Assembly: GCA_038217285.1 (NCBI GenBank)
Contig: JBBQPO010000180.1
Coordinates: 1-12,911, forward strand
Source: Chthonomonadales bacterium
GTDB taxonomy: Bacteria; Armatimonadota; Chthonomonadetes; Chthonomonadales; Chthonomonadaceae
DNA length: 12,911 nucleotides
Reading direction: 5' to 3'
Part shown: positions 1 to 7,245 of the stretch, piece after piece
How positions within the stretch are numbered: the stretch's first letter is position 1
Layout: each line of letters opens with the position of its first letter
Notes under the pieces: model-generated
What the model saw: only the letters and a program-made list of their open reading frames with translations
Database searches by the model: none
Told to the model about the DNA's origin: nothing
Translations under genes and position numbers: made by a program

Positions 1-129
1 AAGTTGGAGAAGCTTCGGCTTCAGACCAAGATGAACCACCACGCCATGAAAGCCAAGATTTACCAGAGTGCGTTGGCCAGTGCGTTTAAGCAACTGCAGG
101 AACTCAAGCAAATCGGAGTGCCTGCGTAA
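1..129 (+). CDS. C-terminal end of a probable IS701-family DDE transposase (5' part outside window)
   Basis: Frame 1 reads KLEKLRLQTKMNHHAMKAKIYQSALASAFKQLQELKQIGVPA*, resembling the recalled IS701-like C-terminus (KLExLKxxxxxNHFALKxKLY...AFxxLQxLK). GC is 60/120 over nt 1-120, lower than flanking genes. Not in the ORF track. Confidence 0.7.
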   Translation, partial: KLEKLRLQTKMNHHAMKAKIYQSALASAFKQLQELKQIGVPA

Positions 130-139
130 GGTGAGTTAA
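1..139 (+). mobile_element. Right end of IS701-like insertion sequence; putative terminal IR TGCGTAAGGTGAG (123-135) followed by TTAA (136-139)
   Basis: The transposase stop (127-129) lies inside the putative terminal repeat. The adjacent TTAA fits the YTAR target preference of the IS701 family. The left end is outside the window, so IR and target duplication cannot be confirmed. Confidence 0.6.
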
Positions 140-255
140 TTTAATCGTGGCTCCTTACGTGGAGGAAAGAGTGGAACTGTCGTTGTTCGCCTTTGCGGTG
201 ACAGACCCGCTTTTCGCGAAATAGGTTTTTTAGTAGGGGTGAAAATCTGCGGGTG

Positions 256-1314
256 TCAGGCAGTCGGGGATTCGGGGGAGGGGAAAGAGACACGGACACG
301 GGCACCGCGTTCGAAGTTCTCGAACCGGACGGTGCCTTTCAAGTCGTAGCGAACGAGAGTATCGATCAACGTCAGTCCCGTGTTCGCATACGTCTGCGGA
401 TCGAAATCGGCGGGGAATCCAGGGCCATCGTTGCACACTTCCAGTATATTGGTCCCTGCACTCCCTTCCAGTGTCACTTCGACCCATCCCTGCCCATGCT
501 TCAGGGCGTTGGAGATCAGCTCGGCAACGACCAGTGCCAGGGAAGTCGCCTGCTGGACGGACACCGGCACATCGGCGATTTGGCATTCGAACGCATCGTG
601 GCCCGCCGCCTTCGCAAGGTTAGGCAGCAAGCGATCAAACACGGACTGCACCGAGATGGGTGCGTTCGGCTTATCCTGCTGCACCTGCTGGGTCAAAATG
701 TCGTGGACGATGCCGAGGGTGCGAATCTGCTCTGCAAGGCGCTTCGCTTCTGAGAGCGGCAGTCCTTCTTCATACTCCATCATCTGAATATCCAGCATGG
801 CGGCGATCACCTGCAGGTTGTTCTTGACGCGGTGGTGTATCTCCGTCATGGCATCTTTGAGTTGGACATTCAGCTCTTCAATGCGGGTCTGCGCCGTTTT
901 TGAGTGCGTGTTGTCGCGCAAGATCTTCACGTAGCCGTGCAGGCGGTCGCGATCCTCGCTGTCGCGCAGGGCGGTCAGAATACCGCTGGCCCAGAAGCGG
1001 GAGCCGTCTTTGCGCAGATGCCAGCGCTCATCCTCGGCACGGCCCACCCTGGTGGCGGTCTCCATCTCCCTTTGCGGCGCGCCGGTGTCCTGATCTTCCG
1101 AGGTAAAGATACGGAAAAACTCCAGCCCGATGACTTCGTTTTCGGTGTAGCCAAGAATACGTTCGGCTCCCAGGTTCCAACTGGCGACTTTGCCATCCGG
1201 AGTCAGGGTAAAAATCGCGTAGTCGCGTACGTTCTCTTCGATGAGACGCAGGCGGTCTTCATGGCTGATAGGATTAGGATAAGAATTGATAGTCGGTTCG
1301 GTTTCGGCAGACAC
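256..1314 (-). CDS. Cytoplasmic PAS/PAC sensor histidine kinase, HisKA_2 type (about 352 aa)
   Basis: PAS (DYAIFTLTPDGKVASWNLGAERILGY), PAC (RKDGSRFWA), H-box EIHHRVKNNLQ, N-box ELISNALKHG, G1-like NDGPG. Start moved to GTG 1314, which has GGGAG 7 nt upstream; the ORF-track extension to 1554 looks spurious. Confidence 0.9.
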   Translation of the reverse strand: MSAETEPTINSYPNPISHEDRLRLIEENVRDYAIFTLTPDGKVASWNLGAERILGYTENEVIGLEFFRIFTSEDQDTGAPQREMETATRVGRAEDERWHLRKDGSRFWASGILTALRDSEDRDRLHGYVKILRDNTHSKTAQTRIEELNVQLKDAMTEIHHRVKNNLQVIAAMLDIQMMEYEEGLPLSEAKRLAEQIRTLGIVHDILTQQVQQDKPNAPISVQSVFDRLLPNLAKAAGHDAFECQIADVPVSVQQATSLALVVAELISNALKHGQGWVEVTLEGSAGTNILEVCNDGPGFPADFDPQTYANTGLTLIDTLVRYDLKGTVRFENFERGARVRVSFPSPESPTA

Positions 1315-1431
1315 GTGACAACTCCCGGTGAGAATATAGGACGCAGCAAGCGTACACAGGGGGAGCGGCAGACGGACCCGCACGAACAATCGGCGTTCCA
1401 GGGGGATGGATCCGCTCTCTACAAGCCTCTC

Positions 1432-1440
1432 ATTGTAGCA
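1432..1440 (-). promoter_or_regulatory. Putative extended -10 promoter (TGcTACAAT) for the histidine kinase
   Basis: Minus strand reads TGCTACAAT about 120 nt upstream of the start, identical to the 9-mer at 11727-11735. No consensus -35. Confidence 0.45.
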
Positions 1441-1541
1441 CGATTGTGCCGTTTCTCTTCCTTTCTCTTCATTCTCTATTCTTGCAGTAATTGACGGTTT
1501 GCTGTGGAGAAACGGGAGACGGAAGGCGGGGTGGCGACGCC

Positions 1542-2618
1542 TTACCGACGCCACGCCAGGTTGGCAGAGACGGTGAAGTCGGGGCCGATGTTGCTGAAGT
1601 AGGGCAGGGAGTAGTTGTGGATGTCGCCGTTTTCCGAGAAGGAGAGTGTGAGGATGCGGTGGCGGTCGAGGAGACGCTTATAGCCGAACGTCGCAGTCGT
1701 GCCTACGCGGTCGGCGAATCGGTTGCCGGTGCGGACGACGAGGCTGCTGCCATCGACCTGGAGCACGAAACTGTCGCGATGGTTCGTCCGAACCTCCATG
1801 CCTGAGAAAGCCTGCACCATGCCTGACCTGGCTCCGGGCACACGCACGGCCCGCCCCATCGCCACGCCGCCGATGTTGGCATAGAGAACGATGTCGCGTC
1901 CGACGCTGTAGCGCAGATCGAGCGATAGGCCCGCGTCCACGCTGCCGCTGCCCAGCAGCAGCGTGGGATTGCCGGTCGGGAGCTTCAGAGCGAAGCGGAG
2001 CGCCAGGGCAGAACGGCGTTGGGCTGGAAGCAGGCGGTACCGGACGGTCAGCGTCGTCTCACCGAGGCCGAAAGCATTGCCCTGATCGACCAGCGTATTG
2101 CCCTGCGCGTCTTTCAGCAGGAGCAGGCTGCGATACTGCGCGTAGGCGTCTCGTCCGGCCGGGTTGTCCGACCCATTGCCGCTCACCCCGATCAGGCTGT
2201 GATAACCGCTCAGAATCGGATCTATAAAGCCGCCGTTGCGCCAGAGGAGGGAGGTCGAGAGGCCCACTTCAACGCCATGTCCCACTCCCCGTCGCCACCC
2301 GAAGCCGAGCCGCTGCACCTCGTTGTCCTCGATCACCGTCGCGCCTTCCGAGGGCGCGGGGATCAGCAGGTTGTTGGCGACATCGAACTGCAGGTCGAAG
2401 CGTTCCGCGCGGCGGAGCAAAATATCGCCGCTTTCCGGGGTAAACTGTAGAAAGAGGAGATTATAAGGACGCATGTTACGGATCGGAATCGGGCCGCGCG
2501 CCTCGGAATAGGCCGGGTTATCAGCCACTCCCTGCGCCGAAACAGTCCGTCCCACCGTCAGACAGAATAGACCCGGCACGAGACACCGCACGCATCGCAG
2601 AACATATTCTCGCAGCAT
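1542..2618 (-). CDS. DUF3187-like exported, probable outer-membrane beta-barrel protein (about 358 aa)
   Basis: AAGGAG before ATG 2618; signal-peptide-like N-terminus (..TVSA|QG); GPIPIRNMRPYNLLFLQ and KLPTG..LLGSG motifs; alternating beta-strand pattern; aromatic residue near the C-terminus (NLAWRR). Confidence 0.7.
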   Translation of the reverse strand: MLREYVLRCVRCLVPGLFCLTVGRTVSAQGVADNPAYSEARGPIPIRNMRPYNLLFLQFTPESGDILLRRAERFDLQFDVANNLLIPAPSEGATVIEDNEVQRLGFGWRRGVGHGVEVGLSTSLLWRNGGFIDPILSGYHSLIGVSGNGSDNPAGRDAYAQYRSLLLLKDAQGNTLVDQGNAFGLGETTLTVRYRLLPAQRRSALALRFALKLPTGNPTLLLGSGSVDAGLSLDLRYSVGRDIVLYANIGGVAMGRAVRVPGARSGMVQAFSGMEVRTNHRDSFVLQVDGSSLVVRTGNRFADRVGTTATFGYKRLLDRHRILTLSFSENGDIHNYSLPYFSNIGPDFTVSANLAWRR

Positions 2619-2744
2619 CGTCTCTCCTTGAAGCTCGCAGAAAAGGCAGATAGAGAAACGCCCGTTCTGTCCGCGAGGCGTGTTCCCGTGTTCGCCCTCC
2701 GCATTCGCCACCGTACCGGACTATTCCTCCCACTCTTTTCGCCT

Positions 2745-3176
2745 ATGGAACTCAAAAGAATCAAACCTGACACGCCGGAGTACGAACGCGTCGTGGCCTT
2801 ACGGCGGCGCGTACTGCGCGAACCGCTTGGCCTCGACTTCACGCCGGAACAACTGGCCGCAGAGGCCGAGGACATTCATCTGGCTGGCTTCGAAGGCGAA
2901 ACAGCGGTGGCCTGTCTGCTCCTGACGCCTGCTTCGGCAGAGCAGTTCAAGATGCGGCAGGTCGCGGTCACACCGGGCCGGCAGGGAGAGGGACTCGGCA
3001 GCAGGCTGGTGGAGTATGCCGAGACGGTCGCCCGCGCCGCTGGCTGCCGACAGATTGTTCTTATGGCCCGCGAAACCGCCATTCCGTTCTATCTACGGGC
3101 CGGGTATGAGACCGTGGGAGAGTGGGTCGTAGAGGTCACACTGCCCCACCGAAAGATGCAAAAATGGCTGAGATAG
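2745..3176 (+). CDS. GNAT-family N-acetyltransferase (YjcF/ElaA-like, 143 aa)
   Basis: Motif A MRQVAVTPGRQGEGLGSRL, motif B AIPFYLRAGY, N-terminal LRRRVLREPLG, C-terminal LPHRKMQK. ATG 2745 chosen by family length; no clear SD. Confidence 0.88.
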   Translation: MELKRIKPDTPEYERVVALRRRVLREPLGLDFTPEQLAAEAEDIHLAGFEGETAVACLLLTPASAEQFKMRQVAVTPGRQGEGLGSRLVEYAETVARAAGCRQIVLMARETAIPFYLRAGYETVGEWVVEVTLPHRKMQKWLR

Positions 3177-4531
3177 CTCCTCCGGCAGAGACGCCGGAAC
3201 TATTCGTTCCGTATCTGAAAGCCGAGATCCCGCCTGTTCCGAATGTAAGTGTACGCAGCGTCTTTCAGCTCTGGCTGCCGCTGGCCATCAGTTTCGAGTT
3301 GATGATGCTGGAAGGCCCCTCCGTGCAGGGCGCGATGGGCCGTCTGGCCGCGCCGACGCTGAATCTGGCCGCCTGGGGCCTGGCCTTTTCGCTGGCGCTC
3401 TTGGTGGAAAGCCCGGTCATCATGCTGCTCGCGACAGCGATCGCGCTGGTGAGGGATGAAGGTTCGTACCGTGCCCTGCGGAAGTTCGTCCTGAACCTCA
3501 TGGGCGCGTGCACCGTGCTGACAGCCCTGGTCGCCTTCACGCCGCTGTTTGATCGGATCGCAGGGCCTGTCATGGGCCAGCCCGCCCCTATCATCGCGGC
3601 GGCGCGACCGGCGCTGCAGATCATGCTGTTCTGGACAGCGGCCATCGCGTGGAGGCGGTTCTATCAGGGTGTGCTGGTGCGCGCCGGGCAGACACGTCTG
3701 GTTTCGCTGGGGACCGCTGTGCGTCTGACCGTGACCCTCGGGGTTGCGGGCAGTCTGGTGCGGTGGGGGCATCGGTCGGGGGTCGAGGTCGGCGCGATCA
3801 CGCTCATGGCGGCTGTCATAATGGAGGCGGTCGCGGTCACGCTCTTCGCCCTGCCCGTGGCACGGCGCTACCTCCTCGGACGCCAGGCGCCACAGTCCGT
3901 GCCGCTGACGCAGGCCGCGATCCTTCGCTTTCACACGCCCCTCGCCGCCACCACGCTGCTGACCCTGCTGGCGCCGCCTCTCACGGCGGCGGCCCTCGCC
4001 CGCCTGGCCATGCCGCATCAGACGCTCGCCGCCTGGCCGGTCGCTTCGATGCTGCTGCTCGTGCTGCGGGGGCCGGGACTGGCCCTCCAGGAGATCACCA
4101 TCTCGCAGTCCCGCCGCCCGGAAGCGCGGCATGCCCTGCGCCGCTTCACCACGATAGTGGGCCTGATTTCGACCGGCATCGCCCTGTTTCTCGCTCTCAC
4201 GCCGCTGCTGGACCGGTATATGGGTACGGTGCTGCATCTACCGCAGGAGCTTCGTACCTTCGTTCGGGTCGGGGTCGTGTTGGGCTCGCCTCTGCCGCTC
4301 CTCACCGCGCTCGGCTCCTGGGCGCGCGGGGTTCTGGTCGCCGCCGGACGCACGCCGTCGGTCTATCGCGGCATGGGCCTTAACCTTGCGATTCATGGCG
4401 CGGTGCTGCTGACAGGCATTGGCCTGGGCCTGCCCGGTATGGCGGTCGCCTCGACGGCCTTCCTGTTCTCCGCCGGTATCGAATACCTCTACCTGGTTCG
4501 CCTGGCTGTCCAGGTTCAGCCGCAGAGTTAG
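3164..4531 (+). CDS. Polytopic membrane transporter, ANKH-like / MATE (MOP) superfamily (about 455 aa)
   Basis: About 12 hydrophobic segments with a visible two-fold internal repeat (VFQLWLPLA..GRLAAP..LAAW vs ILRFHTPLA..ARLAMP..LAAW; LVAFTPL vs LALTPL; YQGVLVRAGQT vs ARGVLVAAGRT). ATG 3164 overlaps the GNAT gene by 13 nt. Confidence 0.78.
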   Translation: MAEIAPPAETPELFVPYLKAEIPPVPNVSVRSVFQLWLPLAISFELMMLEGPSVQGAMGRLAAPTLNLAAWGLAFSLALLVESPVIMLLATAIALVRDEGSYRALRKFVLNLMGACTVLTALVAFTPLFDRIAGPVMGQPAPIIAAARPALQIMLFWTAAIAWRRFYQGVLVRAGQTRLVSLGTAVRLTVTLGVAGSLVRWGHRSGVEVGAITLMAAVIMEAVAVTLFALPVARRYLLGRQAPQSVPLTQAAILRFHTPLAATTLLTLLAPPLTAAALARLAMPHQTLAAWPVASMLLLVLRGPGLALQEITISQSRRPEARHALRRFTTIVGLISTGIALFLALTPLLDRYMGTVLHLPQELRTFVRVGVVLGSPLPLLTALGSWARGVLVAAGRTPSVYRGMGLNLAIHGAVLLTGIGLGLPGMAVASTAFLFSAGIEYLYLVRLAVQVQPQS

Positions 4532-4586
4532 ACCGGAATCGAGACTGCGGTGAGGTCTTTCATGGCAGATTTGCGTTGCGGTCGGA

Positions 4587-4616
4587 TTGACAGAGCGGTC
4601 GTTTTTATGCTATTCT
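4587..4616 (+). promoter_or_regulatory. Sigma70-type promoter for greA-lysS
   Basis: Perfect TTGACA (4587-4592), 18-nt spacer ending in TGc, TATTCT (4611-4616). Confidence 0.7.
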
Positions 4617-4660
4617 ATAAGGCAAATTAGGTCAGGCAATCGGGAAACAGGACTTTTGGC

Positions 4661-4689
4661 GCTGAGGGCGGAACGCTCTCGGCCTTTTT
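4661..4689 (+). terminator. Terminator-like hairpin within the greA leader
   Basis: GCTGAGGGCG-GAA-CGCTCTCGGC (10 bp including 2 G-U) followed by C-TTTTT. Confidence 0.5.
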
Positions 4690-4810
4690 AAACCTTCGGC
4701 CTTGCGATTTCCGCGACTTTTGGGCGCAGAACTGGTCAAATGGTACGTATCTGTTTGTGACGGTTACCTTCACCCGAGAATGCAGATCGGGGACGACAGG
4801 AGAAGAGGGA

Positions 4811-5290
4811 ATGTCGCAGGAACTAGAGATCGTTCTGACTCTACGCGGGCGGGACAAGCTGGAGCAGCGGCTCGACTATCTGCGGAATGTGCAGCGGCGC
4901 GAAGTGGCCGAGCGCATACGCGATTCGAAACAGTACGGAGACCTGACGGAGAACGCCGAATACGAAGGCGCGAAAAACGAACAGGCGCTGGTCGAGGGTC
5001 AGATCTCCGAGCTGCGCCGTGTGCTTCAGATCGCGCAGGTACTCGAGGAGAGCGACATATCGACGGACCACGTCGGTATCGGCTCCATCGTTCAGATGAC
5101 AAATCTGGACAACGACGACGAGTGGGAGCTGACGCTCGTCAGCTCGGTCGAAGCCGATCCCGACAACGACCTCATTTCCGATGAGACGCCGATCGGTCAG
5201 GCGTTGGTTGGGAAGAAGGTCAAAGAGGTCGTGCAGATACAGGTTCCGAACGGCACGCTGCGCTACCGTATCGAGAGCATTCGCAAGTAG
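4811..5290 (+). CDS. greA: Transcription elongation factor GreA (159 aa)
   Basis: GDLTENAEYEGAKNEQ with the conserved acidic tip residues; C-terminal ISDETPIGQALVGKKV; purine-rich SD-like AGAGGGA directly before ATG 4811; greA-lysS synteny. Confidence 0.96.
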   Translation: MSQELEIVLTLRGRDKLEQRLDYLRNVQRREVAERIRDSKQYGDLTENAEYEGAKNEQALVEGQISELRRVLQIAQVLEESDISTDHVGIGSIVQMTNLDNDDEWELTLVSSVEADPDNDLISDETPIGQALVGKKVKEVVQIQVPNGTLRYRIESIRK

Positions 5291-5327
5291 CGGCTGACGT
5301 CATCTATCTTCATACAACGGACAGACA

Positions 5328-5359
5328 CCGCGCCCCGGCGACACTTCGCCAGGGCGCGG
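5328..5359. other. GC-rich intercistronic stem-loop between greA and lysS (no U tract)
   Basis: CCGCGCCCCGGCGA-CACT-TCGCCAGGGCGCGG: 13 pairs with one C/A mismatch, ending about 10 nt before the lysS SD. Confidence 0.55.
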
Positions 5360-5383
5360 AATACCAACGGAGGAAACCTTTTC

Positions 5384-6907
5384 GTGAGTGATCATGAGGA
5401 ATCGGGCGAGACGCAGGACACGCTTATGCAGCAGCGGCTGCGCAAACTGGAGGCGCTGCGGGCGCAGGGCAGCGATCCCTTCGCGGTAGAGCGCTGCGAG
5501 CGTTCGCATACGGCTGCCCAGGTAGCGGACGAGGCCCGGTTCGCCGAGCAGGAGAACCAGACCGTCTCCCTGGCCGGTCGCCTTGTCGCCCGCCGCAACA
5601 TGGGCAAAGCGGCTTTCGCGCACCTCGCCGACGAATCGGGCCGGGTGCAGCTCTATGTGCGACTGAACGATGTAGGCGACGCGGCCTACGAGCAGTTCAA
5701 GGAGCTTGTGGATCTGGGCGACTTTCTGAGCGTCAAAGGCTATGTCTTCCGCACGAAGACAGGGGAGATCAGTGTTCATGTCCAGGAGCTGACGGTCATC
5801 GCCAAGGCCCTGCGCCTGCCGCCCTTCGGCAAACTCGATGCAGAGGGCCAGACTCACAATGCGCTCGCGGATGTGGAAGATCGCTACCGCTATCGGTATC
5901 TCGACCTGATCGCCAATCCCGAGTCCCGCCACATGCTGACGCAGCGCAGTCGCATCGTCTCCTCGATGCGCCGGTTTCTCGACAGCAAAGGTTTTCTGGA
6001 GGTCGAGACGCCCGTGCTGCAGCAGGTGGCGGGCGGCGCTTCGGCACGCCCGTTCCAGACCCATCACAACTACCTGGACCGCGATTTCAAGCTTCGCATC
6101 TCGCTGGAGCTGTTTCTGAAACGGCTAATTGTAGGGGGGTTCGAGAAGGTGTACGAGATCGGGCGCGTCTTCCGAAACGAGAACATGGACCGCGACCACA
6201 ATCCCGAATTCACCCTCATGGAGCTCTATCAGGCGTATGTCAACCTGGAAGACATCATGGAGCTGGTCGAGGAGATGTACGAGGCGATCTGCATCGAGGT
6301 CAGCGGGACCCCGACGTTCGCCTGGCAAGAGCAGACGATAGACCTGTCGACGCGGCCCTGGCGACGGCTGCCGATGCTGGAGGGGATAAGGCAGTATGCG
6401 GGCATTGAGCCCGACAGCCTGCGCTCGCTGGAATCGGCCCAGGCGGCCTGCCGCGCCATCGACGCGCCCATCGATCTGAGCAAGGAGCCGACGCTGGGTG
6501 GCCTGATCGAGAAGCTGCACGAGGTCTACACGCAGCCGCATCTGGTGCAGCCGACCTTCATCACCGACTTCCCCACGGAGACCTCACCGCTCGCCAAGAA
6601 GCGGCCTGACGATCCGGATCTTACCCGTCGGTTCGAGGTCTATATCGGCGCGGCGGAGCTTGGCAACGCCTTCTCCGAGATCAACGATCCGCTGGATCAG
6701 CGCGAGCGCTTCGAGGGCCAGATGGCGCAACGCGCCGCCGGTGACCCCGAGGCGCACCCGATGGACGAGGACTTCCTGCGCGCCCTGGAGTTCGGCATGC
6801 CCCCAACCGGCGGCCTCGGCATCGGTATCGACCGTATGGTCATGCTGCTGACCGGCGCGGACAGTATTCGCGACGTCCTGCTTTTCCCCCTGATGAAGCC
6901 GAAATAG
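5384..6907 (+). CDS. lysS: Lysine--tRNA ligase, class II (507 aa)
   Basis: OB-fold anticodon domain, RYRYRYLDL, FLEVETPVL, motif 2 YEIGRVFRNE..HNPEFT, ELGNAFSE, motif 3 GMPPTGGLGIGIDR. GGAGG upstream of GTG 5384. Confidence 0.98.
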   Translation: MSDHEESGETQDTLMQQRLRKLEALRAQGSDPFAVERCERSHTAAQVADEARFAEQENQTVSLAGRLVARRNMGKAAFAHLADESGRVQLYVRLNDVGDAAYEQFKELVDLGDFLSVKGYVFRTKTGEISVHVQELTVIAKALRLPPFGKLDAEGQTHNALADVEDRYRYRYLDLIANPESRHMLTQRSRIVSSMRRFLDSKGFLEVETPVLQQVAGGASARPFQTHHNYLDRDFKLRISLELFLKRLIVGGFEKVYEIGRVFRNENMDRDHNPEFTLMELYQAYVNLEDIMELVEEMYEAICIEVSGTPTFAWQEQTIDLSTRPWRRLPMLEGIRQYAGIEPDSLRSLESAQAACRAIDAPIDLSKEPTLGGLIEKLHEVYTQPHLVQPTFITDFPTETSPLAKKRPDDPDLTRRFEVYIGAAELGNAFSEINDPLDQRERFEGQMAQRAAGDPEAHPMDEDFLRALEFGMPPTGGLGIGIDRMVMLLTGADSIRDVLLFPLMKPK

Positions 6908-6911
6908 AGGG

Positions 6912-7098
6912 GTGGCGACACGCGTGGAGAGTTCTCGCCTGTAAAACCGTCGTGGCGTTTCGTGCCACGACGCCGGGGCATCTGATTTTCGGCGCCGTTT
7001 TCTCCTGAGCCGATCTCCTCGATGACAGCATCGGCATCCTGCTCGCCGCCGCCCTCGACCACTGGTTTCAGACCCGTCGCCGTCCTACCGAAAATTAA
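6912..7098 (+). pseudogene. Decayed C-terminal remnant of a DUF2809-like membrane protein gene
   Basis: 6912-6947 reads VATRVESSRL*N. After a 1-nt shift, 6949-7098 reads VVAFRATTPGHLIFGAVFS*ADLLDDSIGILLAAALDHWFQTRRRPTEN*. This matches the recalled DUF2809 pattern ATAVEFSQLY...AFRATTLGHLVLGxxFSWxDLLxYxxGILLA, with stops at the Tyr and Trp positions. Confidence 0.65.
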
Positions 7099-7114
7099 AT
7101 TTCTGCGTCCGAAC

Positions 7115-7157
7115 GTTTTCATCTTGTTTTCATCTTATCCCAGTATCCTCTTATCAT
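7115..7157 (+). promoter_or_regulatory. Perfect 11-bp tandem direct repeat (GTTTTCATCTT x2) overlapping a putative -35, with -10 TATCAT; candidate OmpR/PhoB-family operator
   Basis: Repeats at 7115-7125 and 7126-7136. TTCATC (7129-7134) lies exactly 17 nt from TATCAT (7152-7157), upstream of the Spy-like gene. Confidence 0.55.
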
Positions 7158-7245
7158 CTGCATAGGGATGGCCCGGCAGCATAGACTTTACCTTTCACTG
7201 AGGGGAACGCTCCTCTCTTCACTTCACTAAAGGAGAACAGGCAAG

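Noticed and set aside
171..240. Minus-strand words (TACTAAA, CGAAA, GGGTCT, GCAAA, GACAG) reminiscent of a c-di-GMP-I/GEMM riboswitch
   Set aside because: Motif order and pairing do not fit the GEMM consensus and the 3' closing strand is missing. An Rfam scan would settle it.
1315..1554. 80-aa N-terminal extension of the kinase ORF in the track
   Set aside because: It overlaps the upstream gene end and a likely promoter, and a good SD precedes GTG 1314.
3200..4383. Long antisense and alternate-frame ORFs (345 aa, 244 aa), and similar ones over lysS, the Spy-like gene and recQ
   Set aside because: Arg/Gly/Ala-rich shadow ORFs expected from high-GC codon bias, with no recognisable motifs.
7006..7008. 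In-frame TGA as possible recoding (Trp or Sec)
   Set aside because: The same relic has a TAA, a frameshift and no 5' half, and TGA is a normal stop elsewhere in the window (kinase, recQ).
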